Shown: positions 33,888 through 38,908 of the stretch, in pieces | Position numbering within the stretch: position 1 is the stretch's first letter | How the letters are laid out: each line of letters begins with the position of its first letter | From: a virus | Taxonomy: Duplodnaviria; Caudoviricetes | Virus record (IMG/VR): IMGVR_UViG_3300005512_000106 | Span: 1 to 38,908 of that record | DNA length: 38,908 bases | Direction: 5' to 3' (one strand) | Made by a program: the position numbers and the translations under genes | Notes under the pieces: model-generated | Told to the model about the DNA's origin: nothing | What the model saw: the letters and a program-made list of their open reading frames with translations, nothing else | The model's database searches: none

Positions 33888-34856
33888 ATGGCTGAGAGCG
33901 CAATACAAAAAGTCGACGTGAACGCACCACTCAGGCACCCCCGGAACTGCGTGCATTTCATGGCTGATATTGAGGCGGGCACGTCGCTTGTCCGGGCATG
34001 GCCGGGCGACCTGGACAAAGATCGACGGGTCCACAAGACCAAGCAACTGCTCGAGCAGGCAGCGATCACCATAGCGACCAGCGGCAGCGCCATGCAGAAG
34101 CTCCAGCAGTGCGTGACCCTGAGCGTGATCGACAGCCTTGTGGCCTGCGCGAGCATGGACCTGTCGATCAACAAGGCGATGGGTGAGGCGTACCTCGTCC
34201 CCTACGGGAACATCTGCACCCTCATGGTGGGGTACAGGGGCTTCATCAAGCTCATGGTCAACGCAGGCTTCGTGACTCGGGTGGAGAGCGTCCTGGTCTA
34301 CGAGGGCGAGCCCTTCAAGTGGTGGCGGGACGAGACGGGGCCGCACCTGATGCATGAGCCCGATGCCGCCAGCCAGGGCAAGGTCGAGCTCGTGACCGCC
34401 GCCTACGCCATGGGGTACACCCGTGACGGCGCACCAATGATCGAAGTGATGAACGCCGAGCAGTTGGCCGCAGTGCAGAAGGCGTCCAAAGGGGCGGGTG
34501 GACCGGCCTACCGGGACTGGCCGACGGAGATGATGCGGAAGGCCCCCGTGCGTCGCCTCCAGAAGTACATCCCCAAGACGGCCGACAACCTCGCCTACGA
34601 CCTGCTCGTCCGGGCCTGTGAGCACGATAACCAGCAGTACGACCTCAGCCCCGATTCCACCTACGGCAAGGCGGCTCAGGCGTACAAGGACAAGCAGCAG
34701 GCGAAGCTCTCGGATGATTGGCAGAGCCGGGTCACGGGCGAGCCGGCGAAGGCCGAGGCCCCCGAGCCTGCCCCCGAGAAGAAGCCTGAGTACACAGAGG
34801 ATGGACACCTGATCCCCGATGATGTCGGGAAGCCCAAGGACGGCGATGATGGATAG
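33888..34856 (+). CDS. recT: RecT-family single-strand annealing protein
   Basis: GEAYLVPY, LMVGYRGFIKL, VYEGE.F, EMMRKAPVRRLQKYIP motifs. Confidence 0.9.
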   Translation: MAESAIQKVDVNAPLRHPRNCVHFMADIEAGTSLVRAWPGDLDKDRRVHKTKQLLEQAAITIATSGSAMQKLQQCVTLSVIDSLVACASMDLSINKAMGEAYLVPYGNICTLMVGYRGFIKLMVNAGFVTRVESVLVYEGEPFKWWRDETGPHLMHEPDAASQGKVELVTAAYAMGYTRDGAPMIEVMNAEQLAAVQKASKGAGGPAYRDWPTEMMRKAPVRRLQKYIPKTADNLAYDLLVRACEHDNQQYDLSPDSTYGKAAQAYKDKQQAKLSDDWQSRVTGEPAKAEAPEPAPEKKPEYTEDGHLIPDDVGKPKDGDDG

Positions 34857-35322
34857 CATCCAATTCTTCGTGCCCGGTGAGCCCAAGACGGCCGGCAGCA
34901 AGCGGGCATTCGTGAACCCCAAGACCGGCAAGCCCATCCTCACGGACGCCTGCAAGAAGTCGAAGCCGTGGAAGGCTGACGTCAAGCACTTCGCCTTCCA
35001 GGCGTTCCAAGGCGAGCCGCTGGAAGGGCCGTTGTACCTGCGGCTGACGTTCTACATGCCTCGCCCTAAGAGCCACTACCGCAGCGGCAAGCACAGCGAC
35101 GAGCTGAAGCCCGACGCCCCCTCGTTCCCGGACAAGCGGCCCGACGTGGACAAGCTCTCTCGTGCGGTGATGGACGCCCTGACTGGGGTACTCTGGAATG
35201 ACGACTCGCAGGTAGTCACCAAGCTCGCCTGCAAGCGGTACGGCGGACGGCCCGGCGTCGATGTGGTCTGCGAGTGGCAAGACGAGTGCGAGTCGGCGGA
35301 TGGTCGGGAGATACAACCATGA
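34846..35322 (+). CDS. rusA: RusA-family Holliday junction resolvase
   Basis: PGEPKTAGSKR, RPDVDKLSRAVMDALTG..WNDDSQV. Confidence 0.92.
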   Translation: MMDSIQFFVPGEPKTAGSKRAFVNPKTGKPILTDACKKSKPWKADVKHFAFQAFQGEPLEGPLYLRLTFYMPRPKSHYRSGKHSDELKPDAPSFPDKRPDVDKLSRAVMDALTGVLWNDDSQVVTKLACKRYGGRPGVDVVCEWQDECESADGREIQP

Positions 35323-35825
35323 CCCTGCCGGCGATAAAGGTCCAGTGCCGAGAGGTCGATACGCATGGCGTCTGCCGGCTGCGGATCTGGAGCTCGGAGT
35401 ACATCGACGTGGCCAAGGTCTGTCACGCCTTCGGGCTCACGCCCGAGCAACTGTTTGCACGGGTCCGTAACCGGCCCCTGCCCACGCTGTTCGACCTGCC
35501 CGGCGGCGAACCCCCCGACGCCGACACCCCCTTCGAGCGGTTCTGGCGGGCATGGCCTAGCCACAAGCGGAAGGGCGCCAAGCCCTATTGCCAGAGGATA
35601 TGGAATCGCAAGAGCCTCGACAGCGTGGCCGACACAGTGCTTGCCGCCCTGGAGGCGTTCAAGAAGCTCGACGACTGGCAGTCGGGGAAGTTCGTGCCCA
35701 TGCCTTCAACATGGCTGACTCAGGACCGATGGGACTGTGACCTTGCGGACCTCCAGCGCGCCCCGGCTGCCGAGTCCGTCGCCGAGAGGCTCCAGCGGAT
35801 CGGAGGCAACGATGCTCAAGGTTGA
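35319..35825 (+). CDS. Replication initiator-like protein (C-terminal domain type)
   Basis: FERFWRAWP..RK.AK...W...FVPMPSTWLTQDRW, typical of temperate-phage initiator C-termini. Confidence 0.65.
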   Translation: MTLPAIKVQCREVDTHGVCRLRIWSSEYIDVAKVCHAFGLTPEQLFARVRNRPLPTLFDLPGGEPPDADTPFERFWRAWPSHKRKGAKPYCQRIWNRKSLDSVADTVLAALEAFKKLDDWQSGKFVPMPSTWLTQDRWDCDLADLQRAPAAESVAERLQRIGGNDAQG

Positions 35826-36303
35826 CGCCGAGCAACTGCTGACGAAGATCGCCGAACTCTGGCCGCGGTGGGAACCGACCGATGCGGAGCTCGCCGAGTG
35901 GCTCAGCCAGATCCAGACCTTCGACAACCCCGATCGCTTCCGGGCTGCGATCAGCGATCACTTCGCCTCGAGCCGATGGGCAAGGCCGACTCTGGCCGGC
36001 ATTATCGAGTGCATCAACATCCGCACCCCTGGCGATAGCCAAGCCCACGAAGCGACGCCGTACTTCGCTGGCGTAGCCCTCCAGTGTGTCGAGCATTCCA
36101 AGAAGGTCGGGCACTACATTCCGTTGTGGTTCCGGAACCAAGAGGGCGCCCCCGACCAGGACGCCATACTCCGAACGGCCGACAGAGAGCGTCAGCGGGC
36201 CGAGAAGGTCTACGGCGGCAAGTGGCGGGTCTTACAGGGCGTGACGCTCGATGACCTGGAGGCTGCTCGGCGCCGGGGGCGGCGGGGGGTGGCCCTTGCT
36301 TGA
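35812..36303 (+). CDS. Putative helicase loader / loader-inhibitor-like protein
   Basis: L..IAELWP.....AEW...I...AAI..H..SSRW.RPTLA.I pattern; follows the initiator-like gene; GGAGG RBS. Confidence 0.5.
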   Translation: MLKVDAEQLLTKIAELWPRWEPTDAELAEWLSQIQTFDNPDRFRAAISDHFASSRWARPTLAGIIECINIRTPGDSQAHEATPYFAGVALQCVEHSKKVGHYIPLWFRNQEGAPDQDAILRTADRERQRAEKVYGGKWRVLQGVTLDDLEAARRRGRRGVALA

Positions 36304-36535
36304 CGTCCAGTACATCCCGCCGGCGATGATGCCTGATGGCCAACCGGCCCCCTTCCTGATGACGGTCGACGACCTGACGGCCTTCCTACGGCTCACCAAT
36401 CGGTTTCCAGCCAAGACCATCGAGCGAATGCGGAAGCGTGGTCTGCTCGCTACGCAGGTGGGGCAGCGCGTGCTGTTCCAGCTACCCGATGTGCTCGCGT
36501 TCTTGGGCCAAGAGAGAGAAAGGGTTCCACGATGA
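36296..36535 (+). CDS. Excisionase-like HTH DNA-binding protein
   Basis: LMTVDDLTAFLRL...TIERMRKRGLLATQVGQRVLF...DVLAFL. Start uncertain. Confidence 0.75.
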   Translation: MLDVQYIPPAMMPDGQPAPFLMTVDDLTAFLRLTNRFPAKTIERMRKRGLLATQVGQRVLFQLPDVLAFLGQERERVPR

Positions 36536-36846
36536 CAGATGGTGAGAAGGCGACGCTGGCTGCGGCCGGACTCGAGATCAGGGTGGTTATCAGGGGGTTC
36601 GTACTTCGGGACACAGAGACGGGGCTATACCGTTCCACGGCGCCGCTGTCCTCACGCTTCGCCTGGGTGAAGTGGGCTGAGGCCGGGGCAGTATTTGAGA
36701 CGGCCGATGTCGCCGCGGCCGTTGGCATCGCCTATGCCGAGGGCCGGGACTTGGCCTTGACGTTCGCCCTGCCGAGCCTCAAGCCCGAGAAGATCATCTA
36801 TCCGGCCCGGCAGGAAACACCGGGCGGGGTGGTGGGCTTGTCGTAG
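36532..36846 (+). CDS. Hypothetical protein
   Basis: ATGA overlap with the upstream gene. Confidence 0.55.
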   Translation: MTDGEKATLAAAGLEIRVVIRGFVLRDTETGLYRSTAPLSSRFAWVKWAEAGAVFETADVAAAVGIAYAEGRDLALTFALPSLKPEKIIYPARQETPGGVVGLS

Positions 36847-36918
36847 ACATCGCACCCTGGCCCTGCTGGCGGTGGTTATATCCCCCGCCGTCAGGGGGCC
36901 GGGGATAAGGAGAATGAC

Positions 36919-37191
36919 ATGGGTGTTGAAGTCGAGATGATCTACTACGTGTGCGACACCTGCGGCATCCTGGTGGGTATGCCCCAAGATTTTGCCGAAG
37001 CCCGTGTCCACTCGGAGTTGTGTTGCCCCAACGGGCATCTGATAACGGGGAACGGGCAGCGCGATCTGCGGAAGCGGGCCAAGGAGTTCGCGGAGTTAGC
37101 GTCCGACCGCCTCCTGGCCCTCCAGGCTAAAGATCGCGAGAACGCGGCCCTTCGTGGCGTGATAACGAAGCTCAAGAAGGCGACCCCATGA
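36919..37191 (+). CDS. Zinc-binding plus coiled-coil protein
   Basis: CDTCG...CPNGH; AAGGAG RBS. Confidence 0.65.
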   Translation: MGVEVEMIYYVCDTCGILVGMPQDFAEARVHSELCCPNGHLITGNGQRDLRKRAKEFAELASDRLLALQAKDRENAALRGVITKLKKATP

Positions 37192-37607
37192 CCCCCCAGC
37201 GCATCCAGCGGACGCGAACGAAGGGCTGGCGCATGCCTCCGAACACGGTCTACATCGGTCGGCCGTCGAAGTGGGGGAGCCCGTTTGCTGTGTTCGGGCG
37301 CAATGAATACCTGATGTGCGATGCGTCTCATAGACGGACGATCCTTACGCCGTGGGTGATATTCGATCACGAGCAAGACATCGACGTCTACCCAGCCACG
37401 GCTCAGATAGCCGTTGACTACTACCGGCGATGGCTCGCTAAAGAGTTCAACGACGGCCTTGGCTACGGAATCGTCCGACCGTGTACGTTCACAGTGGAGA
37501 ACATCATCGCCGAGCTTCGCGGCAAGAATCTGGCTTGCTGGTGCGCTCTCGACGCCCCGTGCCACGGTGACGTACTGCTGGAGATCGCCAACGGAGAGAT
37601 GACATGA
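37188..37607 (+). CDS. DUF4326 family protein
   Basis: RIQRTRTKGWRMP, YIGRPSKWGSPF, ELRGKNLACWC...CHGDVLLE. Confidence 0.88.
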   Translation: MTPQRIQRTRTKGWRMPPNTVYIGRPSKWGSPFAVFGRNEYLMCDASHRRTILTPWVIFDHEQDIDVYPATAQIAVDYYRRWLAKEFNDGLGYGIVRPCTFTVENIIAELRGKNLACWCALDAPCHGDVLLEIANGEMT

Positions 37608-38284
37608 TATGGCGTATCTCGCACCGGGCGGACACCGAACATGCCGCGACGGTGGAATTGCAGGGCGAGTTAGATGGATGGAGGGTGCGAGCCGAGAAGG
37701 CAGAGGCCGAGCGCGATGAGGCGAGGGCGGCGTGTGCGGCGTGGCAAGCGTGGCTTGACGACTTGATCGTCGACTTCACGGGAGTCACCGACGACGAGGC
37801 CGACACCAGTCGGTTCCACGGCTGGGACTGGATTCTCACGCATCGGCCGACACCGAACGCCCACGAGGACGCCCCCGGCCAGCCCCTGCTTGACCGAATG
37901 GCGAAGGTGGAGGCAGAGAACGCGAAGCTGCGGTCTGGTCTGAAGGACTATTGCCAGTGTCGGGACCATCCAGACGACCACGACGTTGGGCTGTGCCCGT
38001 TCTGCCAGATACGCGAAGCCGCCGAAGCCGCCCGCCAAGCCCAAACGCATGTGGCCCCCGCCGTTGGAGGGGGAGCGATGACTGGCCGGGTACTGGACGA
38101 CTTCTGTGCTCGCACCGCGCAGCAGGTCGGCCGGCAGAGATCGTGCCTGATCGAGGAACGCATCCGGCTGCTCGTGAATGACCGCCCGGAGTGGTGCCCG
38201 GAACCGACGTGGCAATGGATGTTGTCGCTGGTGTTGCGCATGGAGACATCCCAGCCAACGGCAAGGACAGTCGAAGTCCGGTAG
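37604..38284 (+). CDS. Hypothetical protein (possibly two fused ORFs)
   Basis: Coiled coils and a Cys cluster; internal in-frame ATG at 38078 with a GGAGG-type RBS. Confidence 0.5.
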   Translation: MIWRISHRADTEHAATVELQGELDGWRVRAEKAEAERDEARAACAAWQAWLDDLIVDFTGVTDDEADTSRFHGWDWILTHRPTPNAHEDAPGQPLLDRMAKVEAENAKLRSGLKDYCQCRDHPDDHDVGLCPFCQIREAAEAARQAQTHVAPAVGGGAMTGRVLDDFCARTAQQVGRQRSCLIEERIRLLVNDRPEWCPEPTWQWMLSLVLRMETSQPTARTVEVR

Positions 38285-38296
38285 GAAGGAGAACTA

Positions 38297-38908
38297 ATGA
38301 ACACATGGGCAGAGATACAGAAGTGGGAATGCGAGCCAGTTGATCGTTGCGGCGAGTCGTGGGGTCGATATGTGTCTCCTGGTGGCGATGTTGTGGAGGT
38401 TGCCACATTGGCGTCCATCGGATACGGGGCGTCCATCGGCAACATGGTGTCCATCGGATACGGGGCGTCCATCGGTGACGGGGCGTCCATCGGTGACGGG
38501 GCGTTCATCGGTGACAGGGCGTCCATCGGATACGGGGCGTCCATCGGTGACGGGGCGTCCATCGGTGACGGAGCGTCCATCGGTGACGGGGCGTCCATCG
38601 GGTACAGGGCGTCCATCGGTGACAGGGCGTCCATCGGATACAGGGCGTCCATCGGTGACGGGGCGTCCATCGGTGACGGGGCGTCCATCGGTGACGGGGC
38701 GTCCATCGGGTACAGGGCGTCCATCGGTGACAACGACAAGTGGACCAGTATTGGGCCACTCGGCAGCGATAATCGGACACTAACGATTGTGCGGTCAGTT
38801 GATGGCCAGACCATGTACCACACCGGCTGCTTTGCCGGGACCGAGGCCGAGTTCCTGGCTGCCGTTGAGGCCAAACACGGCGACAGTGCGATAGGCTGTG
38901 GATATCGC
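38297..38908 (+). CDS. Left-handed beta-helix hexapeptide-repeat protein, open at the window edge (absent from the ORF track)
   Basis: AAGGAG RBS, ATG 38297; 18 x ASIG(D/Y)(G/R)-type repeats, then IGPLGS...TGCFAGT..EF; no stop before the end. Confidence 0.85.
   Translation, partial: MNTWAEIQKWECEPVDRCGESWGRYVSPGGDVVEVATLASIGYGASIGNMVSIGYGASIGDGASIGDGAFIGDRASIGYGASIGDGASIGDGASIGDGASIGYRASIGDRASIGYRASIGDGASIGDGASIGDGASIGYRASIGDNDKWTSIGPLGSDNRTLTIVRSVDGQTMYHTGCFAGTEAEFLAAVEAKHGDSAIGCGYR
38411..38734 (+). repeat. 18-bp coding tandem repeat, 18 units
   Basis: Consensus GCGTCCATCGGTGACGGG; variation mainly in the last three codons. Confidence 0.95.

Noticed and set aside
38411-38734. CRISPR array or diversity-generating retroelement
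   Set aside because: Contiguous coding repeats without spacers; no cas or reverse transcriptase gene and no template/variable repeat pair.
37948-38874. ORF-track translations of the repeat (PMDAPS, SVTGRP, HRWTPR frames)
   Set aside because: Alternative frames of the 18-bp repeat; the ASIGDG frame has the RBS and the recognisable domain.

Overview
The whole window is a GC-rich temperate podovirus genome, probably near-complete and circularly permuted; no host genes were recognised. The - strand carries a T7-like (Autographiviridae-type) virion and packaging module: portal, scaffold, capsid, tail tubular A/B, three internal virion proteins, and small and large terminase. This module is preceded by a lysis-like trio and a single-subunit RNA polymerase. 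It is followed by a non-coding putative terminus region and a host-promoter-driven early operon that ends in a tyrosine integrase and an intact attP. The + strand carries a lambdoid-style module (RNase HI, RHH regulator, SMC-like ATPase, RecE-like nuclease, RecT, RusA, initiator-like and loader-like proteins, Xis-like HTH, DUF4326, hexapeptide-repeat protein), with no T7 DNA polymerase, primase-helicase or SSB. Most notable: (1) the RNA polymerase looks, motif by motif, more like eukaryotic mitochondrial/plastid RpoT/Rpo41/POLRMT than like T7 gp1; (2) attP carries the 5' half of tRNA-Gly(CCC) rather than the usual 3' part; (3) there is a tRNA-shaped RNA with an enlarged anticodon arm, plus other structured non-coding blocks. 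All family calls come from motif recognition by eye and comparator sequences recalled from memory; no searches were run.
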